DNA of 64,000 bases from Octopus bimaculoides (lineage: Eukaryota): positions 54,932,050 to 54,996,049 of the forward strand of contig NC_068983.1 of assembly GCF_001194135.2 (NCBI RefSeq), in the 5' to 3' direction. Below the pieces are notes generated by a model. The model made no database searches. It saw only the letters and a list, made by a program, of their open reading frames with translations, and was not told the origin of the DNA. The translations under genes and the position numbers were made by a program. Every line of letters begins with the position of its first letter. Position 1 is the first letter of the stretch. Below are positions 52,579 through 64,000 of this stretch, one piece after another.

Positions 52579-52890
52579 CACCATCATCATCATCATCATC
52601 ATCATCATCATTTAATGTCTGCTTTCCATGCTAGCATGGGTTGGAGGATTTGACTGGGGACTGGCAAACTAGATGGCTACACCAGACTCCAATCTGATCT
52701 GGCAGAGTTTCTACAGCTGGATGCCCTTCCTAACGCCAACCACTCCGATAGTGTAGTGGGTGCTTTTTACATGCCACCTGCACAGGAGTCGGCAATGTTT
52801 TGTTCACATGCCACGGGCACAAGTGCCAGTAAGGCAAAGCTGGAAACGATTGCTCAAATGGTGCTTTTTACGTGCCTCCGACACGGGAGC
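52566..52890 (-). mobile_element. RTE 3' end (family D), three modules
   Basis: (CAT)n, D core, repeated GTGCTTTTTAC.TGCC. Confidence 0.85.
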
Positions 52891-53011
52891 ATATGTGTAT
52901 ATATAAAAATTTAAATAGGATAAAATCTTTATAAGAATTCATCAAGTAGTCAGCGTGAAAAACCTCATAAGGGAAAAATTTATAATTATTCCCTTTAAAT
53001 ATATTTATTTA

Positions 53012-53156
53012 TATTAAGGGCATTACTATACATAAGTGCCTCATGCTACGAGGGACTCTTAAAGTCAAAGCTACCATAATAAATTTATTATGGTAGCTTT
53101 GACTTTAAGAGTCCCTAATAGCATGAGACATTTATGTGTAGTAATACCCTTAATGT
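53012..53156. repeat. Loop-less palindrome: 66 bp perfect within ~145 bp imperfect
   Basis: AGGGACTCTTAAAGTCAAAGCTACCATAATAAA|TTTATTATGGTAGCTTTGACTTTAAGAGTCCCT (53051-53116). Confidence 0.95.
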
Positions 53157-53504
53157 AAATATATATATATGAGAGAGAGAGAGTGAGATGTGCATGACTA
53201 TGTATGTATGTATGCATGTTTGTATGTATGTTTGTATGTAAGATGGGATGCTTTTAGGGCCTTGTTTTTGCTTAAATGGACAGNNNNNNNNNNATATATA
53301 TATGTGTGTGTGTGTGTGTGTTTGTGTGTGTGTGTATGTATGCATGTATGTAAATATATATATATGAGAGAGAGAGAGTGAGATGTGCATGACTATGTAT
53401 GTATGTATGCATGTTTGTATGTATGTTTGTATGTAAGATGGGATGCTTTTAGGGCCTTGTTTTTGCTTAAATGGACAGATCTTCTTCAGCACAGTAAATT
53501 ACCA

Positions 53505-54090
53505 ATAGTGCTGGTTCCTTATCATCTCCTCTGTGAGGCTCAGCCCCCATAAATCATTTTTCACTGTGTCCCATGTCTACCACAGGTTCCACCCACATTT
53601 TGCAACTAGCACTTCTTTACGTAGTTGTCCTCTTCCATACTTATCACATCACCAAACCAATGTAGTCTTCTCTTTCCATTGTGGCCCACTTTTTCTCTCA
53701 ACACATTTGTACTTTCAGTTCTATATTTACATACCTGGACCCTGGCATTGCACATCCAGCAGAGCATGCTAGCTTCCTTTCTTTCAAGCCTTCGCATGTC
53801 TTCTCCATTCACAGTCCATGTTCCACAACCATGTAACATCGCCGTTCATACACAAGCATCATACAAGCTGCCTTTCACTCTGAGAGAAAGGTCTTTTGTT
53901 ACCAAAAGAAGCAATGTAATAATTCTCTGAACTTTCGCCAGATGATTCTTATTCTAGCAGCTATACTTTCAGAGCTTCCTCCGATGCTAATTAGGTTGCC
54001 TCGGTAACAGAATCTATCTACTACATCTAATGATTCTCCTGAGTATTCGAGAAAATCTATTTCCTGTGTTCTTAGTATTTATTGTTCCTG
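53505..54090 (-). mobile_element. RTE ORF2 C-terminal fragment, decayed
   Basis: Minus strand VVDRFCYRGNLIS.GGSSESIAARIRIIWRKFRELL..SLRVKGSLYDACV*TAMLHGCGTW..MRRLERKEASMLCWMC..RRLHWFG. Confidence 0.8.
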
Positions 54091-54134
54091 CACATCAGCC
54101 CCTCCCCCCACAAATATGTGTGAGTGTATATATA

Positions 54135-54420
54135 TCATCATCATCGTTTAATGTCTGCTTTCCATGCTAGCATGGTTGGACGATTTGACTGAGGACTGGT
54201 GAAACCGGATGGCAACACCAGGCTCCAATCTAATTTGGCAGAGTTTCTACAGNNNNNNNNNNCTCCAATCTAATTTGGCAGAGTTTCTACAGCTGGATGC
54301 CCTTCCTAACGCCAACCACTCAGAGAGTGTAGTGGGTGCTTTTACGTGTCACCCGCACGAAGGCCAGTCAAGCGGTACTGGCAACGGCCACGGCCACGCT
54401 CAAAATGGTGTCTTTTATGT
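54135..54420 (-). mobile_element. RTE 3' end (family D), young copy containing a 10-N gap
   Basis: D core nearly identical to the 57833 copy in opposite orientation; 30 bp duplicated across the gap. Confidence 0.85.
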
Positions 54421-54461
54421 GTATATATATACACGTATGTATATGTAAGTATATATATGTG

Positions 54462-54497
<36 letters not shown>

Positions 54498-55267
54498 NNN
54501 NNNNNNNTATATATATATATATATATATATATACATACATACATGTGTGTGTGTATACACACTGACACATACATGATGATGACACAATCACACGTATGTC
54601 TGTATATGTATATATTATGGTTGGATCACCTTGTCAATCAATTGTATACTATTTTCTGTGTCATTTGTTCCATTGCTTATATGTTGCAGAGGTGTATTAG
54701 TTATATATGACTACACCTCAGTGAATGTCTTCTTTTAAGTATAAGCTGCTTTATTTCTCTAAGTCTTTTATTTCTACTTTTCTCTCAACTGATGGCTGCT
54801 TGTCTCCTCTTTGAATTGATGTTTGATTTTTAATAATAAAGTGGTTTCATCTTCTTTGTATTAAAAGAATAAAATCTAACTCTACTTTGATATTCTTCTA
54901 CTCGACACAATTCACTTAAATATGTTAAAACTCTTTTTACCGTTTCTTCTACCTCATCAAAAATATTGTTCATTTTACAGCTGTTTTTCAATGCTTGCAT
55001 GGTTGGGTGAGTACATCACTATGTTACATGAGGCATTGCCTTACAAATGGATGCCCTTCCTGACACTAACTTGCCTGCTTTACATGTAAGGGATCACTTC
55101 TACATGGCCTGTACATGGCTTTGAGGACATGATTCACCGGGTCAATTTTATTTTTTTTTTAGCACCTGGCATAAAGCCACCCACCTGCACCTTCTCCTTT
55201 CAAATAATCCCCATTTTAGTGGTATAAGCTTTTTCATGTTTTCCCTGTTTTTTTTTTTCTTACTGCC

Positions 55268-55465
55268 AGACTGGCCCTCTGCCGGTGGCACGTAAAATGC
55301 ACCCACTACACTCTTGGAGTGGTTGGCGTTAGGAAGGGCATCCAGCTGTAGAAACTCTGCCAGATCAGATTGGAGTCTGGTGTAGCCATCTGGATCACCA
55401 GTCCCCAGTCAAATCGTCCTACCCATGCTAGCATGGAAAGCGGACGTTAAATGATGATGATGATG
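55268..55465 (+). mobile_element. RTE 3' end (family D)
   Basis: D core and (GAT)n tail. Confidence 0.85.
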
Positions 55466-55926
55466 GTTTATGTCTTGCAAGTTTACACAGCAGACTCTAT
55501 AGTGCTGGTGGTATAAAAAATACATCCAGTGCAATCTGTAAATTGATTGGTGTTAGGACAGGCATCCAGCCATAGAAACCAAGCCAAAGGTGACACTAGC
55601 ATTCAGTGCAGCCCTGCAACTTTCAGGTTCCCTGCCATACTGTTGAACCCATTCCAGCATGGAAAGCAGATGGTTAATCATAATGATGATGAGAAACTGA
55701 CAATGACACTTTCAAAATGATTGCAGATGTCTTTTTGGTATTTTATTGAAATAAATGAAAAAAACATCAAACAACTTTTAATGTTTCACCCTTCTGATAC
55801 TGATCTGTCTGGGATTGTTCCTGGTTTTGTGATGCAAACAGCCTGTTTAAAGTGATTGATCTAAATTAAATTCTTCATTAGTTTCGAAATCAATTAAAAA
55901 GGAAGGTCGTGTAGATCATTAGAAAT

Positions 55927-56160
55927 TATTTCTTTATTGCCCATGGGGAGCTGAACATAGAGGGAACAAACAAGGATAGACAAAGGGAATAAGTCGATTA
56001 CATCGACCCCAGTGCGTAACTGGTATTTATTTAATTGACCCCGAAAGGATGAAAGGCAAAGTCAACCTCGGCAGAATTTGAACTTAGAACGTAGCGGCAG
56101 ACGAAATATCGCTAAGCATTTCACCCAGTGTCTTAACAATTCTACCAGCTTGCCGCTCTA
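55927..56160 (-). mobile_element. SINE family B1
   Basis: 9-bp TSD ATTAGAAAT at 55918-55926 and 56161-56169. Confidence 0.88.
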
Positions 56161-57832
56161 ATTAGAAATATGGTAGCAAAAGAATTAATTATGCTCCTTG
56201 ATGTTGTGAATTCAAATCCAATCATGGTTGACTATACTTTCATCAACAGCCCTTTGAATTTACTGTTTCAAGTCCTAGGAATTGCTATTAGCAGGGTTTC
56301 CATGGTGGTCAAAATCACAACGTTCCCTTTGAGCCAGTTCATTATATGGTTGCTCATTTACAGCTGAGTGGACTGGGCCAATATGAAATGAAATGTTTTA
56401 CTCCAGAACACATCACATCACCCTGTCCAGGAATCAAAACCACAATCTTGCAATCATGACTGCAACACCCTAACCATGAGGCCTCTTGCATTCAACTTGG
56501 TCTATACTTTGACTATGCTTTGGTTTGCAATCATCATCATCATTTAATATCCGTCTTTCATGCTGTCGTGAAAGTTTGACAGGAACTGGTAAGGCCAGGA
56601 ACCACACTTGGCTCTGGTCTCTGTTTTGATATCATTTCTACAGCTAAATGTCTTTCTTAACACCGACCATCTTACAAAGGGTACTGGGTGCTTTTTATGT
56701 CATCAACACTGATGTGGTCACCAAGCAACTTGCAAGGCAAAGCTCCTTTGCTGCTAGTGGAGAGTGAGGAGTGGGTTTGTGCCAGTTGGGACATTAAAGA
56801 TATAGATGGACAAGAATAGGTGTCTTGCTGCAGAGGGGATACATGGATACCCCTGTTGGAAGAGAAAGAGGAGCGAGCTAGTGAGGGAGATAAAGAGAAC
56901 AGCAGCGAGAGAGAGGGTGGTGAAGGGGTGTCGAGACTTGCCCCCAAGGGACATCTGTGGTGGTGAGACTAAGTGAGGTGATACAGAGATTTCGACTGGG
57001 TGTATGGGCAGGGATGAGGTGACTGTTGCAAATGATGGAGTGACATATAGGAGAGGCTTGTGGGTATGAGCTGCAGTCGATATGTGACAGCATTGAGGGT
57101 GGAGGCAGATAAGTGGGGTGTTGATAAATACAAATCACATTCTGGGGTTGAATTAATCAATTGTGGTTTTGTGTAAGCATTAGAAACTCTTACTGTTATA
57201 ATTACTGATAAGGTCTGTAGCAGTAGCTTTGAAGTTTACGTCTGAGTAACAGTTATTTCTAGATTAATAAGTTGTTTTATTGAACTGAACTGTAAACGTA
57301 CTGCCATATTGAAGCTTGATTGCTTTTGTGACAAATACTGAAAGGATTATTATTATCTTGCAAATTAAGTTTGTGATTGGGTTTTCGTCTGGCAATTAGT
57401 TACAGTCACATACGTCATTACTGTTTTACTTTTTGCTGACCATTAATGACATTAACGAAGTGTTTTCAAATGGTAATTAAATCTAGATAACCGAAACTGT
57501 CCATCAAAAACTTGATGCTGCATTACATGTCTGCCGTCCACTGAAGTATTTTTGAGCCATTCAGGAAGCCTGTATGTGATTGCTTGCCTTGCTAGAAGTA
57601 GCAGCCAGTTTCACTCTTTTCATGCCCTATTGTCCTAAAGAAATGGATGGACACATTTGGATATTAAATTTGTCCAAGGATACACTGAATGTGTTCAAGG
57701 ACATATTGGATATTAGAATTATCCAAAGACATTGGATATAACCAAGGACATACTGAATATTAAAATTATTCAAGGGCAATTGGATAAGTCGAAAGATATT
57801 AGAAGTATTCAAAGACACTTTGAATATGTTTA

Positions 57833-58095
57833 GGCTCTTGTGCAGGTGGCACATAAAATACACCATTTTGAGCGTGGCCGTTGCCAGTACCGCCTGACTG
57901 GCCTTCGTGTGAGTGATATGTAAAAGCACCCACTACACTCTCTGAGTGGTTGGCGTTAGGAAGGGCATCCAGCTGTAGAAACTCTGCCAAATCAGATTGG
58001 AGCCTGGTGTTGCCATCCGGTTTCACCAGTCCTCAGTCAAATCGTCCAACCCATGCTAGCATGGAAAGCGGACGTTAAACGATGATGATGATGAT
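57833..58095 (+). mobile_element. RTE 3' end (family D), young copy ~260 nt upstream of the PDE exon
   Basis: One mismatch seen versus 60305-60470 over ~165 bp. Confidence 0.9.
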
Positions 58096-58353
58096 AGTGG
58101 CTACTCCCAGGGACACATAGGATGTTAGTGCTAGATTCCTTTGAAAAGAGTAAATGGAAAGAAGGACCTCAAGTTTGTTCAGTTATCACGTTGACCTGTG
58201 GCTATGCAATAACAATTAGGGCATTTTTTGTTCAAATGTTATTTGGACAACAAAAGGTTAATCCATGGCTTTCTCTGTTATTGCTTGTTTTAGTGTGAAA
58301 TATGTTCAGTCAGTCTTACTTGTTTTCTTGTTTCTCCTTTGCTACTGGTGTAG

Positions 58354-58420
58354 GTTGTCAAGAGAACCAAGATATCCAATTAATATTGGCATCACTGGGC
58401 ATGTAGCAACAACCGGAGAT
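58354..58420 (+). CDS. PDE11: Coding exon, PDE11-like GAF-B (67 nt, phase 2-0)
   Basis: Pyrimidine-rich acceptor ending tgtag, donor GAT|gtaagt. Translates G+LSREPRYPINIGITGHVATTGD, containing the PINIGITGHVATTG GAF motif of PDE11. Confidence 0.92.
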
Positions 58421-58899
58421 GTAAGTATTTAATACAATTATTTTTTGCTTTTCTTTATTATGTCTTTCTTTTTTTTTTGTCTTTTTGTTAGAGTAAGTTG
58501 TCTGGAAGATTGGTAATTATAACAAATTTAGCATTTAAATGCTAAATTACATTTCCGTATATTATGAGTGTAATGCAATTTGTTTTCATTAAAATGACTT
58601 TTTCTTCTTGCAAATATATATCAGATTATATTATAGAGCAATTTGTGCATTGATTAACGCTAACAATTAATGAATTTAATTTGGTCCATATAGAATTTTA
58701 CTGTTTTTCTTAATGAAGTGGAAAGCTGTCTGTGAAGGCTAAATTAAAATAGAGAAAAATCACTCTGTAGTACTATAATATCTTCTGGCGTTTGTCTAGC
58801 TTCAGTTGTGAAGGAAAATACTTTGGTATTATCTCCATCATTGGAAAAAAAAAACAAAAAAAAGAAACAAAACAAAATTAAAAAGAAAACAAAAAAAGA

Positions 58900-59510
58900 G
58901 ACATGGACATGTGGTTAAGAAATTTGCTTTGCAATTACTCGTTTTTAAGTTCAGTCCCACAGTGCTGTACCTTGGGCAAGTGTCTTCTACTAAAATTTCA
59001 GGTCATCCAATGCCTTGTTAGTGCATTTGGTAGATGGCTGTTGAAAGAAGCCCATTTTATGTGCATGCCAGGGTGTGTGTGCCTGCGTGCATGCTCCACC
59101 ATCACTGGATAACTGGTGTCAGTTTGTTTACATCCCTGTTACTTAGCAGTTTGACAAAGGAGACCAATAGAATAGATGCCAGATGGCGAGCTGGCAGAAA
59201 CTTTAGCATGCCGGGCAAAATGCTTAGCGGTATTTCATCTGCCGTTACATTCTGAATTCAAATTCCGCCGAGGTTGACTTTGCCTTTCATCCTTTCAGGG
59301 TCAATAAATTAAGTACCAGTTACGTACTGGAGTCGATGTAATTGACTTAATCCCTTTGTCTGTCCTTGTTTGTCCCCTCTATGTTTAGCCCCTTGTGGGC
59401 AATAAAGAATAGATGCCAGACTTAAAAATAGTAATAGAGTCAATTTGTTTGACTCTATCCATGAAGGCTGTGCCCCAGCATAGCCACAGTCCAACGAGTG
59501 AAACAAGTCA
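58900..59510 (+). mobile_element. SINE family A interrupted by a B1 SINE (59184-59405)
   Basis: 15-bp TSD AGAATAGATGCCAGA at 59169-59183 and 59406-59420. Confidence 0.88.
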
Positions 59511-59818
59511 CAGATAAGATATAGATTATGTTTGTTTCTCTAAGTTATTAAACTACTGCCCACTAACCCTTTTGGTGCCAACTAACCTGAGACAAGCCTT
59601 AGTTCTATGCTGCAAACTTACATTAAAGTGATCTAAATTAATACTTTCCATCGAAATTTCAAATGAATTTATATAATTAGTTTCAAACCTGTTTAATAGG
59701 ACAGTTGTTTTGCTAAATTCTTTTTTTAATTTCCCGAATAACTGGAAACAAAAATATACATAATGGGATACCCATATACAAATGGTTCTCGAAATAATGA
59801 AATTAAATAATACCCGTC

Positions 59819-60483
59819 AGAGTGTAAGTATCTTGAGAGAAAAGCTGAACATTAGAAGCATCAGTTGTGGCGTGCAAGAGAGACGATTGCGCTGGTATGG
59901 ACATGTGGTGAGAATGGAGGAGGATAGCTGCGTGAAAAAGTGCCACACCCTAACAGTTGAGGGAACCCGTGGAAGAGGTAGGCCCAGGAAGACCTGGGCT
60001 GAGGTGGTGAGGCAAGACCTTCGTACATTGGGCCTCACCGAGGCGATGACTACGGACCGAGACCTTTGGAAATGGGCTGTGCGTGAGAAGACCCGGCAAG
60101 CCAAGTAAGATCGTTGCCAGTGCCCCTGGACTGGTTCTTGTGCGGGTGGCACATGAGATGCACCATTTTGAGCGTGGCCGTTGCCAGTACCGCCTGACTG
60201 GCTCCTGTAGGATTTTCGAGCGAGATCGTTGCCAGNNNNNNNNNNNNNNNNNNNNNNNNNNNNNNNNNNNNNNNNNNNNNNNNNNNNNNNNNNNNNNNNN
60301 NNNNAAAAGCACCCACTACACTCTCTGAGTGGTTGGCGTTAGGAAGGGCATCCAGCTGTAGAAACTCTGCCAAATCAGACTGGAGCCTGGTGTTGCCATC
60401 CGGTTTCACCAGTCCTCAGTCAAATCGTCCAACCCATGCTAGCATGGAAAGCGGACGTTAAACGATGATGATGATGATGATGA
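59819..60483 (+). mobile_element. 5'-truncated RTE-clade LINE: uninterrupted ORF2 C-terminus (to 60108), modular 3' UTR, (GAT)n tail
   Basis: REKLNIRSISCGVQERRLRWYGHVVRMEEDSCVKKCHTLTVEGTRGRGRPRKTWAEVVRQDLRTLGLTEAMTTDRDLWKWAV has the RLRWYGHV and RGRPRKTW..DR..W motifs of RTE. Its 3' UTR is family D. Confidence 0.92.
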
Positions 60484-61032
60484 AACAAGTTTTCTGGAAA
60501 AGAAAAAAAAAATAGAGAGAGAGAGAGATTAAACTCCATTTTATGTGAGCTGAAGTTTGATCAACAGAATGCAAGCAGACTATGCATGAGGATAAACTGG
60601 GAGCCTATACATCTGGAGATTAAATATTTTCAATAATTTCCACAACTGTAAAAAGTCTAGGCCTTGCTTGTTTACCTGGCTAAGTGCTGAATTCATCACA
60701 CCCTCATCTCATTACAAAAATCTTTTCTTTTTTTAATGATTGAAAATAAGTAAACAACAGCTATGGAGGAAGACACCATTAACAGTGAGTCATAAACACA
60801 CATGACTACAAAGATGCAATGTGATTGGTTGTCTATTTTTAGAATTTTATCTTTTTTTTTTAAGTATGTTGTTCATTACTGTTTTAATGAGAGTTCAGTA
60901 GAGATTGCTTTTCAGCTCTTCTCTCTATGCTAGAAATGTAGCAGTGGTAGGGTTAATGAACAGGGCTCTGGAACAAGTTTATGTACCTATGTTGAGACTC
61001 CCCTGTAGTTCATCTTCCTTTTCTTTTTTTTT

Positions 61033-61235
61033 TCTTTTACTTGTTTCAGTCATTAGACTGCAGCCATGCTGGGGCATCGCCTTGAAGAAATTTTAGTCGA
61101 ATGAATTGACCTTGGTACTCTTTTTTTTTTTAAATCTTGGTACTTGAGGTCTCTTTTGTTGAACTGTTAAGTTATTGGATGTAAACACACTAATACCAGT
61201 AGTCAAGCACTGGTCACACACACACACACACTATT

Positions 61236-61312
<77 letters not shown>

Positions 61313-61450
61313 CATGACAGGCTTCTTTCAGTTTTCGTCTACCAAATCCACTGACAAGCCTTTGGTTAGCCCAAGGCTATAGCAGAAGACACTTGCCCAA
61401 GGTGCCACACTATGTGATTGAACCTGGAACCATATAGTTAGGAAGCAAGT
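61033..61450 (-). mobile_element. SINE family A
   Basis: Colinear with the family; internal (CT)n(CA)n. Confidence 0.85.
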
Positions 61451-61490
61451 TTTGTGCCACTCTTGTGCCTTTTGTTATCATATTTCAGTA

Positions 61491-61550
61491 GAAACATGAT
61501 AACAAAAGGGTTAAACATGATAACAAAAGAGTTAAACATGATAACAAAGG
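61491..61550. repeat. 21-bp tandem repeat (AAACATGATAACAAAAGGGTT) x ~2.8
   Basis: Direct reading. Confidence 0.85.
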
Positions 61551-62639
61551 CTCAAGGATATAACATTAAACCGGCAAGTGAAGGAGCAGCTATTTTCCAT
61601 TGTTATAGAACCATTAAATTAGATGACATGCTGCAGTTTTGTGTCCTCTTGGTAGGAATGCTTATAGTGTATAGACTAATGTTATGTTATTGGTTTGACT
61701 AGTTCCAATATCGGTCGTGCTGTTTCAAGTAAAATATGTGTTTCTGCCTGAAGGCCATGATATACGCTGATATTTCAATACCTTAATAGAGAAAACTGAT
61801 TTTGTGTGTGTGTATCTATGTATGTGAGTATGTATGTGTATTTGTGTAAGCATTTGTGCATGTATGTGTGTATTTGTGTCTGCATGTGTATATATGTGTG
61901 TATGTGTATTTTCTTGTTTCTTTCTTTCTTCTTTCCTTTCTCCATTTCTCTCTTTCCTTCTTGCTTTTCCTTTTCGCTTCCTTCTCTTCTTCCCTCTCTC
62001 CCTCCCTCCTAATAGGCTAAAATATTGCCCCTCAGGTAACTGAAATTTTCTCTCCGGGCACCTCTTCTCAAGGAGGTTATGTTTCAGATACTATCTATAT
62101 TCTTGGAAAAATGAAGAATACTGTATCACCCCAAAGTACTAATAGCAATTATGTGGGGGAAAAAATAAAATAAATAAAAAATGCCATGTAGAAAAATAAT
62201 TAATTCGGAGCAATTATGTAAATTAGTAAAGAATTTTGTAAAGCATGTTTTCTCAGAAAATGAAAACTGAAAAATATATAAATAAATATTAAGACTTTTT
62301 GTGGTTCCATATTTGAATTTTTTTTCTTTCTTTATCATTTTTTCTTTTATTTTTGTACATTTCTAAGAAGCTGGATGACTTGGCTGTAAGAATTTTGATT
62401 GAATACATTTCTCACAATCAACTTCAGCTTGTCAGCATCTTTCTTAAACTTTTTTCTTACCATATTTCTCTGGAAACCTATTCTTGTTTTAATTATGTTA
62501 TGAGTTCTAATTCCACTGACGCCTTTCGGGGTCAATAAAATAAGGACCATTTGAGCATTTGGGTCAGTGTAATCAACTACCTGTTCCCCCGTAGAATTTT
62601 CAAGCTTTGTGCTTCTAGTAGAAGCAAATCATCATCATT

Positions 62640-62850
62640 ATTCATATACACTCAACAGATTAGACTGTTGGAAAAGAAAAGAATCCTAACATTGGGCTAC
62701 AACATGTTGCCTTAGATGCCAAGAACCCTCCTATCGGGTTACAGCAAGTAACCTTAGATGCCAAGAACCCTTCTAAGTATCCTAATAACACTGTTTTCTG
62801 CAGCTGCACTAAACTTGGTTTTATGCCTATTTCCCCCATCCATCTTTTGT
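62640..62850 (-). mobile_element. Third R4/Dong-like 3' end remnant
   Basis: Minus strand GEIGIKPSLVQLQKTVLLG(del)YLEGFLAS; 20-bp CCTTAGATGCCAAGAACCCT repeated 42 bp apart. Confidence 0.55.
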
Positions 62851-63442
62851 TTTTATTTTGAATCCACACATTCAGCTTTTACTTCAGTGTACTCTTTGTC
62901 TTATGCAGCCATGTTTGTGTTTATACTCTTTTTGTTCTAGTTTACTGCATTCATTCGAGATGGCTGATACTTTTGTCTCCTTTCCCACTAATTCTGCGTT
63001 TGCTCTCTGACTTATTATTATTATTGTTATTATTATTCAAATTCTGCTGAACTAAACTTACCCCTTCCCTGAACTTGCTGGCTTTTTGTCAGAATGTGAA
63101 GCTTTTGCCTTTCATCTTTTCGGGGTTGACAAATTAAGTACCAATGAAACACTGGAGTCATTGTAATCAACTAGTTCTCTCACTCCAAATTTCAGGCCTT
63201 GCACCTTCAGGAGAAAGGATTATTATGATTGTTATTATTATTCTGACTTAGGTAGAAGGCTAGCAATTTTAAGTGGTTGGGATTTAGTCAAAGCTATAAA
63301 AACCCATATCTAACTGCTACTTTATTTTTACTGACGCTTGAAAGATGAAAGTTGACTTCATTGGGATTTGAAACCAAAATGTAAAGGACTGGAAGAAAGA
63401 CCACAAGACATTTTTTTGTTCTGATGCTCTCATGATTCTGTT

Positions 63443-63590
63443 CATCATCATCATCATCATCATCATCGTTTAACGTCCGCTTTCCATGGGTTGGACGATT
63501 TGACTGAGGACTGGCGAACCAGATGGCTACACCAGGCTTCAATCTGATTTGGCAGAGTTTCTACAGCTAGATGCCCTTCCTAATGCCAAC
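63443..63590 (-). mobile_element. RTE 3' end (family D), short
   Basis: (CAT)n then D core, truncated after GCCAACC. Confidence 0.85.
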
Positions 63591-63611
63591 CAATAATAAT
63601 AATAATAACTT

Positions 63612-63741
63612 CACCGGGGAAGTTTAACGACTACACCGGGGAAGTTTAACGGACTACACCGGGGAAGTTTAACGATTACACTGGGGAAGTTTAACGGACT
63701 ACACCGGGGAAGTTTAACGGACTACACCGGGGAAGTTTAAC
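63612..63741. repeat. GC-rich 22/23-bp minisatellite, six CACCGGGGAAGTTTAAC cores
   Basis: Linkers GACTA, GGACTA, GATTA, GGACTA, GGACTA. Confidence 0.92.
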
Positions 63742-64000
63742 ATGTGAGAACGATAAATCACTGCTCCGAAACTTATCCAAAAACATCGGAAATAAAGACA
63801 TCGCATTGAGCCAAAAAATAGCTGACAAAGGGTTGGACTATATCCGAGTAAGTAATACTCATTGAAATTTATTTCTATTTTTCCAAATATAATGATGTAT
63901 TTTAACTTGATACCTCCACTACCCACACAGCGATCGTAAACACACGTGTTACATCAAAATCAAACCATCTTCGAACCCAAAAACACCATGTACAAAAAAA

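Larger units (their letters stand above)
48126..58353 (+). other. GT-AG intron, 10,228 nt, PDE11-like gene
   Basis: Phase-2 intron; GA+G reconstitutes a Glu codon. Confidence 0.85.

Noticed and set aside
54223-54292. 30-bp tandem duplication inside a D element
   Set aside because: It straddles a 10-N gap, so it is most likely an unmerged contig overlap.
56750-57130. Possible Penelope RT remnant (SHIDCSSYPQ) on the minus strand
   Set aside because: Similarity too weak to call; left as an unidentified purine-rich repeat attached to a D-like end.
63612-63741. CRISPR-like repeat array
   Set aside because: Linkers are 5-6 nt and nearly identical, there are no cas genes, and the context is eukaryotic.
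58421-64000. Next PDE exon (expected T/V-x-N-I-x-D-A-Y...RF) and, upstream of 3174, the preceding exon
   Set aside because: I found no matching spliceable segment; both probably lie outside the window.

Overview
Eukaryotic, AT-rich, gap-containing genomic window with repeats typical of octopus/coleoid genomes (taxon inferred from recall of the repeat families, not from a search). The only host coding sequence I can support is three small + strand exons (3174-3311, 48064-48125, 58354-58420). They splice in frame to VLLDLARVIFEDQHTVANLIHKIMMHTLALLKCEVCQVMLVQDCSK-GIFSDVFELHATDVDKNNQEE-LSREPRYPINIGITGHVATTGD, the start of the second GAF domain of a PDE11-like cyclic nucleotide phosphodiesterase. 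The exons are separated by 44.75 kb and 10.2 kb introns. The rest is intronic and packed with at least four tRNA-derived SINE families, RTE-clade and R4/Dong-like LINE remnants, Tc1/mariner, hAT-like and TTAA-type MITEs, and microsatellites; almost all ORFs in the supplied track are spurious. The most unusual object is a 509-bp fold-back element (39817-40325) with a 12-bp target-site duplication. Its loop is a tRNA-like Pol III promoter and each arm carries a decayed Penelope-type minimal hammerhead ribozyme motif. Family labels A-F are my own, and repeat boundaries without a TSD are approximate.
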